Assembly (NCBI RefSeq): GCF_014646895.1
Contig: NZ_BMOD01000002.1
Location: 102,217-126,216 of the forward strand
Length of the DNA: 24,000 bases
Direction of reading: 5' to 3'
Source of the DNA: Deinococcus roseus
GTDB lineage: Bacteria > Deinococcota > Deinococci > Deinococcales > Deinococcaceae
Shown: one piece after another, positions 15,584-24,000 of the stretch
Numbering within the stretch: the stretch's first letter is position 1
How the letters are laid out: each line of letters starts with the position of its first letter
Made by a program: the position numbers and the translations under genes
The notes under the pieces: model-generated
Told to the model about the DNA's origin: nothing
What the model saw: the letters and a program-made list of their open reading frames with translations, nothing else
Database searches by the model: none

Positions 15584-15617
15584 CAATTACTGTACCGTCC
15601 AGACGGTACAGTAATTG
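15584..15617. promoter_or_regulatory. 34-bp palindrome: candidate TetR operator overlapping the tetR promoter and start
   Basis: CAATTACTGTACCGTC-CA-GACGGTACAGTAATTG has perfect 16-bp arms. It begins 2 nt upstream of the tetR ATG and ends 1 nt from the RDD-gene stop. It contains TACAGT 6 nt upstream of the ATG. Confidence 0.7.
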
Positions 15618-15618
15618 T

Positions 15619-16047
15619 TTATTTTTCACTTTTAGACTTTTCAAGAACCAGGCTCTCCGCTGCTGAATCATGCAAAAACTGTCTGCGCGCATTCATCCAG
15701 AGCGGTGGAACAAAAACCCAGCTGAAGGTGAACAACACCAGATAAAACCGCAGTTTCCAGCGCAAGCTCGCCTGGGTGAAAGTCAGAGGAAATCCTGTCA
15801 GGTGTTTGACCTGGATGCCCAGCAGTTTCTTGCCCAGCGTTTGCCCTGAACGGGAAGATTCCAGCAAAGCAAAATACAACCAGCCAAAGCCAAAAGGACC
15901 CACCAGCAGCAATCCCACCAGTGGGTGAAAAGGCTCAGGAAAGTTCCACAGGTCAAGCACCCACTGGCTGACCCACATCAGGCCAGCCACCAGCAGCGCA
16001 TCAAACAAAAAAGCCAATGAACGTTTCCATAAAGGTGCATATTTCAT
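15619..16047 (-). CDS. RDD-family membrane protein
   Basis: 142 aa. MKYAPLWKRSLAFLFDALLVAG is the RDD-type N-terminus, followed by three hydrophobic segments. TAAAAT lies 6 nt upstream of the ATG. Confidence 0.75.
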   Translation of the reverse strand: MKYAPLWKRSLAFLFDALLVAGLMWVSQWVLDLWNFPEPFHPLVGLLLVGPFGFGWLYFALLESSRSGQTLGKKLLGIQVKHLTGFPLTFTQASLRWKLRFYLVLFTFSWVFVPPLWMNARRQFLHDSAAESLVLEKSKSEK

Positions 16048-16096
16048 GTTCCGATTTTAAGAAAAACCACTTGCATCATGTTTTATGCTTTTAAAC

Positions 16097-16444
16097 ATGT
16101 CTGACTGGGTTTACCGCATCATGCCTGCCCGTGAGTGGCAAGAGATTCAAACTTGCTCTGCATACCAGCCCGATGAGCTTGAAAAAGACGGCTTCATCCA
16201 CCTCTCTTGCCTGCATCAGGTCGTTGAGGTGGCGAATTTCATTTGTGCAGGCAGAACCGACATGCTGCTCTTGCAACTGGACGTTGCACATCTGCAAGAC
16301 CTCAGGTCAGAGGACCTCTATGGATACCAGCAGGATTTTCCACATTTGTATGGACCCCTGCCGCTGCAAGCGGTACAACAGGTGCATCCCCTGATCTGGA
16401 AAGAGAACACTTTTGTGCTGCCAGAAACTTCACCAGTGCCCTGA
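16097..16444 (+). CDS. DUF952-family protein
   Basis: VYRIMPAREWQEIQ ... DGFIHLSCLHQV ... FPHLYGPLPLQAV matches the DUF952 pattern. I prefer the start at ATG 16097 (TATGCT-N7 upstream); the track start is 16085. Confidence 0.75.
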   Translation: MSDWVYRIMPAREWQEIQTCSAYQPDELEKDGFIHLSCLHQVVEVANFICAGRTDMLLLQLDVAHLQDLRSEDLYGYQQDFPHLYGPLPLQAVQQVHPLIWKENTFVLPETSPVP

Positions 16445-17023
16445 AATTTTGTTTTTGATCAGGGCCAGCGGTTCCCGCAAGAAATACCGGGACAAAAAAG
16501 TCCAGCGTGTCCAGCATGGGCTGTCCTGCACAGGAGAGACAGCGTAATTCAGACCCAGTTCCTCTGCAATCAAAGCAGCCCTGGGCATGTGGTAATTCTC
16601 GGTGACGATCAGCAGGGTTTTCAGCCCCTTTTGTTGCATGATTTTTCGGGTGAACAGCAGGTTTTCGTAAGTGGAGTGGGCTTCACGTTCACGCAACACT
16701 GCAGAGGCCGGAACATCTGCCTGACGGGCCAGTTTAAACATGGCCTCTGCTTCATTGGCTCCATCTTCCAGGTCATTTCCCCCACTCATGATGAGGAGGG
16801 GTGCATACTGGTTCTCCCACAACTTCACACCATGATTGACCCTGGCTTTCAGGCACGGATTGATGCCCGTTTTATGGTTCACTCTGGCCCCCAGCACCAC
16901 AATGGCATCGGTCTGGCGGCGGGTGTCTGTGTTCACCTGGGTGCCCAAGTAAAATGCCACCCCAAGATACCCGAGCACCAGAAACACAACCAGAAGCATT
17001 CCTCCACGCAAAAAAAGTTTCAA
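16430..17023 (-). CDS. DUF218 / YdcF-SanA-family membrane-anchored protein
   Basis: Motifs are AIVVLGARV, LLIMSGGN and HSTYENLLFT. The start is uncertain. TTG 17023 gives MKLFLRGGMLLVVFLVL with AAGGA 6 nt upstream, and ATG 16999 is the alternative. The track start at 17068 is a TTG inside a tandem repeat. Confidence 0.75.
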   Translation of the reverse strand: MKLFLRGGMLLVVFLVLGYLGVAFYLGTQVNTDTRRQTDAIVVLGARVNHKTGINPCLKARVNHGVKLWENQYAPLLIMSGGNDLEDGANEAEAMFKLARQADVPASAVLREREAHSTYENLLFTRKIMQQKGLKTLLIVTENYHMPRAALIAEELGLNYAVSPVQDSPCWTRWTFLSRYFLREPLALIKNKISGHW

Positions 17024-17051
17024 ATTTGATCCTTTCCAGAGCGCCACAACA

Positions 17052-17099
17052 ACAAAACCAGTCAACAAAACCAGTCAACAAAACCAGTCAACAAAAACC
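17052..17099. repeat. 13-bp tandem repeat, 3 perfect copies plus a partial one
   Basis: ACAAAACCAGTCA occurs three times (17052-17090) and is followed by ACAAAAACC. On the minus strand each unit reads TGACTGGTTTTGT and contains TTGACT. Confidence 0.95.
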
Positions 17100-17113
17100 G
17101 CCCCGAAGGGCGG
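17091..17113 (-). terminator. Rho-independent terminator after the TPR gene
   Basis: On the minus strand, CCGCCC-TTCG-GGGCGG is followed by TTTTTGT, 17 nt after the stop codon. Confidence 0.85.
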
Positions 17114-17130
17114 CAGCTGTGATGATGGTT

Positions 17131-18240
17131 TTACTTCAGACGGTCCAGGGCTTCCTGAGCATCTTTGTAACCCTTGTTCAGTTCCAGGGCTTTCTGGTAC
17201 TGGGTGCGGGCATTGGCCTTGTCTCCGATGGCTTCCAGGGACTTGGCAAAGTAGAAGCGGAATTCTGCATTGGTGCCGTTCAGGGTCACGGCCTTGGTGA
17301 AGTTGGCGTGGGCTTCTTTGCTGTTGCCCCCATCCAGTGCAATCCGTCCCAGGTAGAAGTAGAACTCGGGGTAACGGGCAGGGTCTTTCTGCACGGCCTG
17401 GGTCAGGTTGGTTTTGGCATTGCTCAGGTCTTTGGCCAGGTAATTGACGATTCCAGCGTAGCCCAGCACGGTGGCGGTCTGGGGCTTGAAGCGCAAAGCC
17501 TGGGCAATTTCCAGGTTGGCAGCCTTGATGTCTCCCTTTTCGGCCAGCAGTCGGGCATACAGCGCACGGTTGATGGGATCGGTGGGGTCGGCAATCACAG
17601 CCTGCTGCAAGGTGTCCAGTGCACCATTCATGTTGCCAGCCTCGTACTGCAGGCGGGCATAATTGGCCAGAATGATGGCATCGTCCTTGGCCAGTTCAGA
17701 AGCCTTGCGGGCGCTTTCCAGGGCTTTGGAGTCATCGCCTTTCAGGTTGTAGACCAGGGCACGTTCATTGAACACAGAAGCACTGGTGGGGCTGACCCTT
17801 TCGGCTTCTTCCAGGATGTTGAGGGCTTCATCCAGGTTGTTTTTGACGGTGCTGAGGTCCTTGGCACTGATGTACTGGTAGCGGTAGGTCTGGGCCAGTC
17901 CAATGTAAGCACTGACATTGCGGGAATCCAGTGCCCTCAGTTGCTTGAAGGTGTCCTGAGCGGCAGAGTAAAGTTTGAGTTGAACCTGGGTGCGTCCCAG
18001 ATACAACAGAACATCCTTGTTCTTTTTGTCCAGCTCAAGGGCTGTACGGAAAGCGGCGTAAGCAGCATCATAGCGTCCAGAGTTGTAGTAGTACTTGCCC
18101 AGCGCCAGGTAATTCTGTGCTGTGGGAGTGGTACCTGTGGTTTTTTTGGCAGGAGTGCTTGTAGGGTTGTTCTGCGCAAACGCGACACCAGAAGTGATCG
18201 GTGCCAGCAGGCACAAACCAAGAGTTATTAAACGCTTCAC
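17131..18240 (-). CDS. Secreted tetratricopeptide-repeat (TPR) protein
   Basis: It contains multiple A-x-x-x-Y/F...AL..DP TPR units. The start is placed at GTG 18240 (MKRLITLGLCLLAPITSGVAFAQ, signal peptide) with GGAGG 9 nt upstream. The track start at 18336 is a TTG with no SD. Confidence 0.85.
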   Translation of the reverse strand: MKRLITLGLCLLAPITSGVAFAQNNPTSTPAKKTTGTTPTAQNYLALGKYYYNSGRYDAAYAAFRTALELDKKNKDVLLYLGRTQVQLKLYSAAQDTFKQLRALDSRNVSAYIGLAQTYRYQYISAKDLSTVKNNLDEALNILEEAERVSPTSASVFNERALVYNLKGDDSKALESARKASELAKDDAIILANYARLQYEAGNMNGALDTLQQAVIADPTDPINRALYARLLAEKGDIKAANLEIAQALRFKPQTATVLGYAGIVNYLAKDLSNAKTNLTQAVQKDPARYPEFYFYLGRIALDGGNSKEAHANFTKAVTLNGTNAEFRFYFAKSLEAIGDKANARTQYQKALELNKGYKDAQEALDRLK

Positions 18241-18531
18241 TGAATTAAACCTCCAGGAGATCTGCCACGCTGACAGAACAAAGACACGGGTCCGCATCTC
18301 AAACAAAGGCATCATACGCGGTTTTTTTCGTACCAAAGTGAATCAAAGGTGAGAAGCTGGCTTCATTTGGCCTTCACTGCACTGCCATGAAAATGGGGCT
18401 TCAGACAACACTTCCATCAAAGCTGTGAAAACTTTGAAGGCACCTTTTGCAAACATAAACCCACTTTGCAGCTTGTGCATCTGAAGCCATCAGATCCCTT
18501 CCACCGTCCAGCAATTCAGTAGAATCAAGCC

Positions 18532-18945
18532 ATGAAGATGCTCAAAGTCCTGATCATCTGCCTGCTGGGTGTGGCCCTGGCCCAGACCACCCTGCGCAGC
18601 GAGGACATCAACACCACAGTCACCGTGAAGAAACTGGAGCAGGGCAAGCTGCAGGATGTCACCCTGGTGAAAAAAGGACAGGTGCTGGTTTACCTGGTGC
18701 AGGTGACCATCCATCAGGACTTCCCCGCTGGACGGCTGGGCCTGAAACTGGTGGCCCCGCAGGGGGCCATGTTGCTGCCTGAACGCACCCAGGTCAAAGG
18801 CTACAAATTTCGCATTGAGTACAGCCAGGACGGTAAAACCTTCCAGAAAACCCTGAAAACCTGGAAGTACCTGAGGGTGGTGGTGCTCAATGGGGTGCCT
18901 GCAGGCAAAACCCTGGAAGTGCGCCTCTACTCCAGGGTCAAATGA
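18532..18945 (+). CDS. Hypothetical secreted protein (small beta-rich domain)
   Basis: 137 aa. Signal peptide MKMLKVLIICLLGVALAQ. TAGAAT (18520-18525) lies 6 nt upstream of the ATG. Confidence 0.65.
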   Translation: MKMLKVLIICLLGVALAQTTLRSEDINTTVTVKKLEQGKLQDVTLVKKGQVLVYLVQVTIHQDFPAGRLGLKLVAPQGAMLLPERTQVKGYKFRIEYSQDGKTFQKTLKTWKYLRVVVLNGVPAGKTLEVRLYSRVK

Positions 18946-19003
18946 GCAAGTCAAATAAGCAAATGCTTTTGGGGTGCGTGCTTCTCCCGCGTATACTCCC
19001 TGC

Positions 19004-20017
19004 ATGCAGACCTTGAGTATAGGAATGATCGGGTGTGGCACCGTGGGTACAGGCGTGCTGGACATCCTACACCGGCAAAAACCGCAGTTTGAGGCCCTGG
19101 GTTTCCAGGTTGAATTGACAGGGGTGCTGGTCCGGGATGCCAGCAAACCCAGAGAAACCTGCTTTCCCAACGCGCCTCTGGTCACCAGCAAAGACTTTTT
19201 AAAAGATGTCGATGTGGTGATTGAAGTGATGGGTGGCGTGCAGCGGCCCCTCGATCTGGTGCTCCCTGCATTGCAGGCAGGCAAAGTGGTGATCACCGCC
19301 AACAAAGCCATGCTGGCCGAGCGCTGGAACGAATTGAAGCCTTATGCCAGCACCGGACAGCTGTATTACGAAGCTGCGGTGATGGCAGGAACCCCGGTGA
19401 TTGATCCCCTGTCCGGGATCCTGCGCTCCAGCCAGCCCATTGCCCTGCAAGCCATTCTGAACGGGACCTGCAATTACATCCTGACCCAGATGGAAAAAGG
19501 CAAAGGGTACCAGGAAGCCCTCAAGGAAGCCCAGGACCTGGGTTACGCCGAGGCCGACCCCACCCTGGATGTGGGAGGCTTTGATGCTGCCCACAAACTG
19601 ACTGTGCTGGCCCGTCTGGCCTTTGATCCTGATTATCCCTATGCAGATGTGTCCATCCGGGGCATCGACACCATCCCCCAGGAGGCCGTCAAGAATGCCC
19701 TGGACAACAACCAGCGCATCCGTCTGATTGGCAGCATTTACGCCGAGGACGGCAAATGGAAAGCCAAAGTGGCTCCCCGGGTGCTCCCCATGGACCACCC
19801 CATTGCCCGTGCTGCTTCTGGACGCAATGCCATGGTCTTTCTGGGAGATGAGTGCGGAGAGATCTTCGTGGCCGGAGGGGGTGCAGGAGGTGCAGTCACC
19901 GCCAGTGGTGTGGTGGGCGATTTGATCAACCACCTGCAGGGCATTCTGGGACCCAAACCCATTGCCCTCGCCGCACAGGTGCCTGCTGCTGGCTTTGAGG
20001 ATTTGCCTGAAGTTTAA
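19004..20017 (+). CDS. hom: Homoserine dehydrogenase (short form without ACT domain)
   Basis: Rossmann motif IGMIGCGTVGTGV, the GTCNYIL catalytic-domain motif, and AEADPTLDVGGFDAAHKL. Start is at ATG 19004, with TATACT (18992-18997) 6 nt upstream. Confidence 0.93.
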   Translation: MQTLSIGMIGCGTVGTGVLDILHRQKPQFEALGFQVELTGVLVRDASKPRETCFPNAPLVTSKDFLKDVDVVIEVMGGVQRPLDLVLPALQAGKVVITANKAMLAERWNELKPYASTGQLYYEAAVMAGTPVIDPLSGILRSSQPIALQAILNGTCNYILTQMEKGKGYQEALKEAQDLGYAEADPTLDVGGFDAAHKLTVLARLAFDPDYPYADVSIRGIDTIPQEAVKNALDNNQRIRLIGSIYAEDGKWKAKVAPRVLPMDHPIARAASGRNAMVFLGDECGEIFVAGGGAGGAVTASGVVGDLINHLQGILGPKPIALAAQVPAAGFEDLPEV

Positions 20018-20035
20018 GTTGTCCTTTTGGCTGTA

Positions 20036-20071
20036 CAAAAAGACCTCTCTGGCATTGCTGCAGGGAGGTCT
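20036..20071 (-). terminator. Terminator-like hairpin with U-tract on the minus strand
   Basis: On the minus strand, AGACCTCCC...(13-nt loop)...GAGAGGTCT is followed by TTTTTG. It is distal to the lipoprotein gene. Confidence 0.55.
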
Positions 20072-20086
20072 ACTGCGTTGATCCGT

Positions 20087-20120
20087 GAAATGGAAGGATT
20101 CGGTTGAATCCTTCCATTTC
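20087..20120. terminator. 15-bp perfect-stem hairpin between convergent hom and the lipoprotein gene
   Basis: GAAATGGAAGGATTC-GGTT-GAATCCTTCCATTTC. There is no U-tract on either side. Confidence 0.6.
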
Positions 20121-20182
20121 AAACAACACCCTTCAGAGATCAAACCTCTTATTTTTCTGTCAAAGGCTCTAAAGCTTGATGG

Positions 20183-20920
20183 TCATTTGCCCGAAAGGGT
20201 ACCAGGTCTCATGAAAGCTTCAACTGTGGCTGGCACATCGTTCTTGCTCCACTGGTAATGCAAATTTCCCGTTCCGGGCTGCACATCCAGCCGGATGGTT
20301 CCGCCATCCAGACAGGTGCCGTGGGACACTTTTTCTGTGAAACGGGCTTTGTTGCCTTCCATTCCGGCAAACACCAGCCTGGAAGAACAGCCCTGTTCGG
20401 GGTACACCACCGAAGCCAGGATGCCCTGGGCTGTCTCGGTGAGCACCATTTGCAAGGCGTATGAGGCCGCCGGGCTGCGCTGGACGGCCACTGCACTGTA
20501 AATGCCGCCTTTCAGCAAGCTGGCACCCTGCACTTTGACTGCAGAGAGCACCACATCTTCCTGTCCCACCCCGAAGTTGATGGAAACCGCACCTGCTGTT
20601 CTGCGCAACACCAGCAGTTGATCTGCAGCACAATTGCCGCCGCCGTAAAGCAGGTCCTGACGTGCAATGATCTGGTCGGGCTGCTGGGTCAGCACCTTGA
20701 GGTTTGCTGCACACTGCAAATCTGAACGCACCAGGGTTCCGATGACGTTGTCTTCTCCGCGGGTCAGGTTCAGCTGCACATTGGGGGTGTTCCATTGCCC
20801 CTCAAACCATGCAGGATTGACGGTTGCAGGTGCAGTTGGAGCTGGATCGGATTGTGTCACTTTGGGTGCACATGCTGTGATCCCCAGCATCAGTAAACCT
20901 AGAAATTTGAGCCTCATCAT
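20183..20920 (-). CDS. Hypothetical lipoprotein with an internally duplicated 2-Cys module
   Basis: 245 aa. Signal peptide with lipobox LLMLGITAC. Two similar halves each carry a Cys pair (LQCAANL...GGGNCAADQ versus QGCSSRL...SHGTCLDGG). Confidence 0.7.
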   Translation of the reverse strand: MMRLKFLGLLMLGITACAPKVTQSDPAPTAPATVNPAWFEGQWNTPNVQLNLTRGEDNVIGTLVRSDLQCAANLKVLTQQPDQIIARQDLLYGGGNCAADQLLVLRRTAGAVSINFGVGQEDVVLSAVKVQGASLLKGGIYSAVAVQRSPAASYALQMVLTETAQGILASVVYPEQGCSSRLVFAGMEGNKARFTEKVSHGTCLDGGTIRLDVQPGTGNLHYQWSKNDVPATVEAFMRPGTLSGK

Positions 20921-21076
20921 GCTGGTTTACAGCTTAACGGTTTTCTGAGCAAGAAAACCACATCAGCCAACCATCATCTTGCTGGTTTTTCAGCATCACA
21001 CAGGGTTTTTGATCTGGGTGCACGGCAGAACACCCTGGCTTGAACCTCATCTGGTGGAACAGGGTATACTACCGAT

Positions 21077-22039
21077 GTGTTAGGTAGCCACACCCTGTCT
21101 CTGATCCAGCCCGCCCTTCAGGCCTTTGAGGAACGCATTCGTGAGGTGCTGGCGTCCAAAGTGGAATTCATTCGTCTGATCAATGGAGATTTGGTGGGGG
21201 CCGGAGGGAAGCGTTTTCGCCCGGCCCTGGTGATGCTGGCCGCCCGTGCCCTGGGCATCCAGGACCTGCGTGAACTGGATCTGGCCGTTGCCGTGGAGTT
21301 GTTGCATTCGGCCACGTTGCTGCACGACGATTTGATCGACGATGCCAGCACCCGGCGCGGCATGGAAGCTGCCTTCAGAAAATATGGCAATGCCGTTTCG
21401 GTGCTGTCGGGAGATTTCATGCTCTCCAGGGTTCTGAAGATCCTCTCTGCGCATCCTTCCAGCCTGACCGCTGAATTTGCCGAAACCAGCATGCGCATCT
21501 GTGAAGGTGAAGTGCTGCAGTTCCAGGTGGCCTCTTACCGGGATTACAGCCTGGACAATTATCTGGAGATCATCACGGCCAAAACGGCAGTCCTGATGGC
21601 CACTGCGGTGCGTGCACCTGCCCTGATGATTGATGCCCCAGAACCCATTCTGGATGCCATGACCACTTACGGTCTGGAATATGGCCGGGCGTTCCAGATT
21701 CAAGATGACCTGCTGGACCTGACTTCGGATTCCGGAAAACTGGGAAAACCCATCGGGGGCGATTTGCGCGAAGGCAAAGCCACTTTGCCTGTGCTGTACT
21801 TGCTGGAATCTGAGCACGCAGATGAGGTCCGGGAGATTCTGGCCCGGCGTGCTGCAGAACCCGGAGATGTGGAACGGGTGCGCACCCTGGCCCAGCAGAC
21901 CGGAGCCATTCAGAAGTCCCGCAGGGAGATCACAGACCGGGTGCACCGTGCTGTAGCGGCCCTGCAAATTCTTCCCAGCAGTCCTGCCCGTCAGGCCCTG
22001 GAAAGCCTTGCGCTCGCAGAGGCAGAGCGGGCACTCTAA
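21077..22039 (+). CDS. Long-chain polyprenyl diphosphate synthase (IspB/HepT-like)
   Basis: 320 aa. First Asp-rich motif is LLHDDLIDDASTRRG and the second is FQIQDDLLD. GTG start with TATACT (21065-21070) 6 nt upstream. Confidence 0.92.
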   Translation: MLGSHTLSLIQPALQAFEERIREVLASKVEFIRLINGDLVGAGGKRFRPALVMLAARALGIQDLRELDLAVAVELLHSATLLHDDLIDDASTRRGMEAAFRKYGNAVSVLSGDFMLSRVLKILSAHPSSLTAEFAETSMRICEGEVLQFQVASYRDYSLDNYLEIITAKTAVLMATAVRAPALMIDAPEPILDAMTTYGLEYGRAFQIQDDLLDLTSDSGKLGKPIGGDLREGKATLPVLYLLESEHADEVREILARRAAEPGDVERVRTLAQQTGAIQKSRREITDRVHRAVAALQILPSSPARQALESLALAEAERAL

Positions 22040-22058
22040 AAATTCTGTGCTGTTTTTT

Positions 22059-22089
22059 GGCTGTGCTGACCTCAGACACAGCCTTTTTT
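22059..22089 (+). terminator. Rho-independent terminator after the polyprenyl synthase gene
   Basis: GGCTGTG-N11-CACAGCC followed by TTTTTTG. Confidence 0.8.
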
Positions 22090-22389
22090 GCTCAACCAGT
22101 GTTGCTACGCCAGAAACAGGCATCTACCGTTATTTTCTTTGCTGTTTTTGCAAAACAGGCGTATTTTTATACCCGAATAATCAGATTTATGCTTTGTTCT
22201 CTGGCAAAACCATGTTCTGACCCGAGAAAATTTGGTGTACTTTTGACAAGAATGTTGAAGCTCAACTTCCTGCAAAATTCTTAAAAATGAAAATATTTCA
22301 CCACGGTTAAACACGTCCCTGACATCAAAATCACACAGGGCATTTTTTCCCTCTCAATCTGGATTTCTGGGACAAAGCTCCCGGCCCCC

Positions 22390-22416
22390 TTGACAGATGG
22401 TGTAGACAGGTATAAT
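22390..22416 (+). promoter_or_regulatory. Candidate sigma70-type promoter of the gdh operon
   Basis: Consensus TTGACA (22390-22395) and TATAAT (22411-22416). The spacer is only 15 nt, which is suboptimal. It predicts a leader of about 90 nt before ATG 22512. Confidence 0.5.
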
Positions 22417-22511
22417 CCAACCGACAAAGCACTTTTTACAGCATGGCTGCAGGTTTAAAAAACCTGTATCAGACTGTCAAAAGAACGTCTAAAAGGTCAC
22501 CGGAGGTCTGC

Positions 22512-23755
<1,244 letters not shown>

Positions 23756-23759
<4 letters not shown>

Positions 23760-24000
23760 ATTCCGAGCTTCCCAGTTACCTGGACAGAAACAACCTTGGC
23801 CCTTTCGAGATCTACCTTGAACAGGTCGAACGCGTCACGCCCTACCTGGGGAAACTTGCCTACTGGGTGGAATCCCTCAAGCGACCCAAACGCATTCTGG
23901 TGGTGGATGTGCCCATTCACCTGGATGACGGCTCTGTGGCCCACTTTGAAGGTTACCGGGTGCAGCACAACACCTCCAGAGGTCCGGCCAAAGGCGGCAT
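23756..24000 (+). CDS. gdh: Glutamate dehydrogenase paralogue 2 (5' part; continues beyond the window)
   Basis: My own translation from ATG 23756 is [81 protein letters not shown], open to the window end. The ATG overlaps the upstream stop (ATGA), and AGAGGAG SD lies upstream. Confidence 0.88.

Noticed and set aside
17052-17099. Possibility that the 13-bp tandem repeat is a CRISPR array or minisatellite-encoded peptide repeat
   Set aside because: The units are contiguous with no spacers and far shorter than CRISPR repeats, and no cas genes are present. The ORFs that begin inside it start at TTG codons created by the repeat itself.
16954-18231. 425-aa plus-strand ORF, together with similar long ORFs at 4172-5116 (-), 5550-6350 (-), 13691-14680 (+), 18490-19311 (-), 19199-20143 (-) and 21080-22123 (-)
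   Set aside because: Each lies exactly antisense to a gene with clear family motifs (TPR, Mo oxidoreductase, coaE, HD, hom, polyprenyl synthase). Their translations are Gly/Gln/His/Val-rich and low in complexity, with no recognisable motifs or ribosome-binding sites. This is the usual stop-codon-poor antisense frame of GC-rich coding DNA.
22057-22314. Short ORFs in the AT-rich spacer (22008-22220 +, 22057-22284 +, 22105-22314 -) as small protein genes
   Set aside because: They overlap one another and the upstream terminator, lack SD or leaderless promoter context, and encode Phe/Cys/Leu-rich peptides typical of translated AT-rich non-coding DNA. Without expression data this cannot be fully excluded.

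Overview
This window looks like ordinary, densely packed chromosomal sequence from a moderately GC-rich Deinococcus-Thermus type genome. That placement is a tentative recall-based guess from the EF-P, AccB/AccC and tandem GDH sequences, not a search result. I support about 33 CDSs. The housekeeping genes are efp-accB-accC, coaE, an NrnA-like DHH phosphoesterase, a cold-shock protein, hom, a long-chain polyprenyl diphosphate synthase and two tandem glutamate dehydrogenase paralogues. There is also a periplasmic redox cluster (thioredoxin plus DsbD-alpha-like protein, divergent from a small membrane protein plus a Tat-exported Mo oxidoreductase). Other units are a tetR-SMR efflux pair, a tightly coupled Nudix / gamma-CA-like / DUF4388-like / HAD operon, and several hypothetical secreted or membrane proteins. 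I found no rRNA, tRNA, CRISPR array, transposase, integrase or recognisable defence system. The most unusual gene encodes a sensor-less GGDEF domain fused to a STAND/AAA_16-like NTPase. Both catalytic motifs are degenerate (GAEEF; Walker A GSGRS) but the c-di-GMP I-site RxxD is intact, and an HD (RelA/SpoT-hydrolase-like) gene sits next to it. Other points worth checking are a recurrent TAnnnT-N6/7-start-codon pattern suggesting many leaderless mRNAs, which changes several start calls. There is also a 34-bp palindrome covering the tetR promoter and start, a perfect 13-bp x3 tandem repeat carrying TTGACT boxes, CTGAGG-rich direct repeats, long perfect hairpins, and an AT-rich spacer upstream of gdh. 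All domain calls come from motif recognition by eye and none has been checked against a database.
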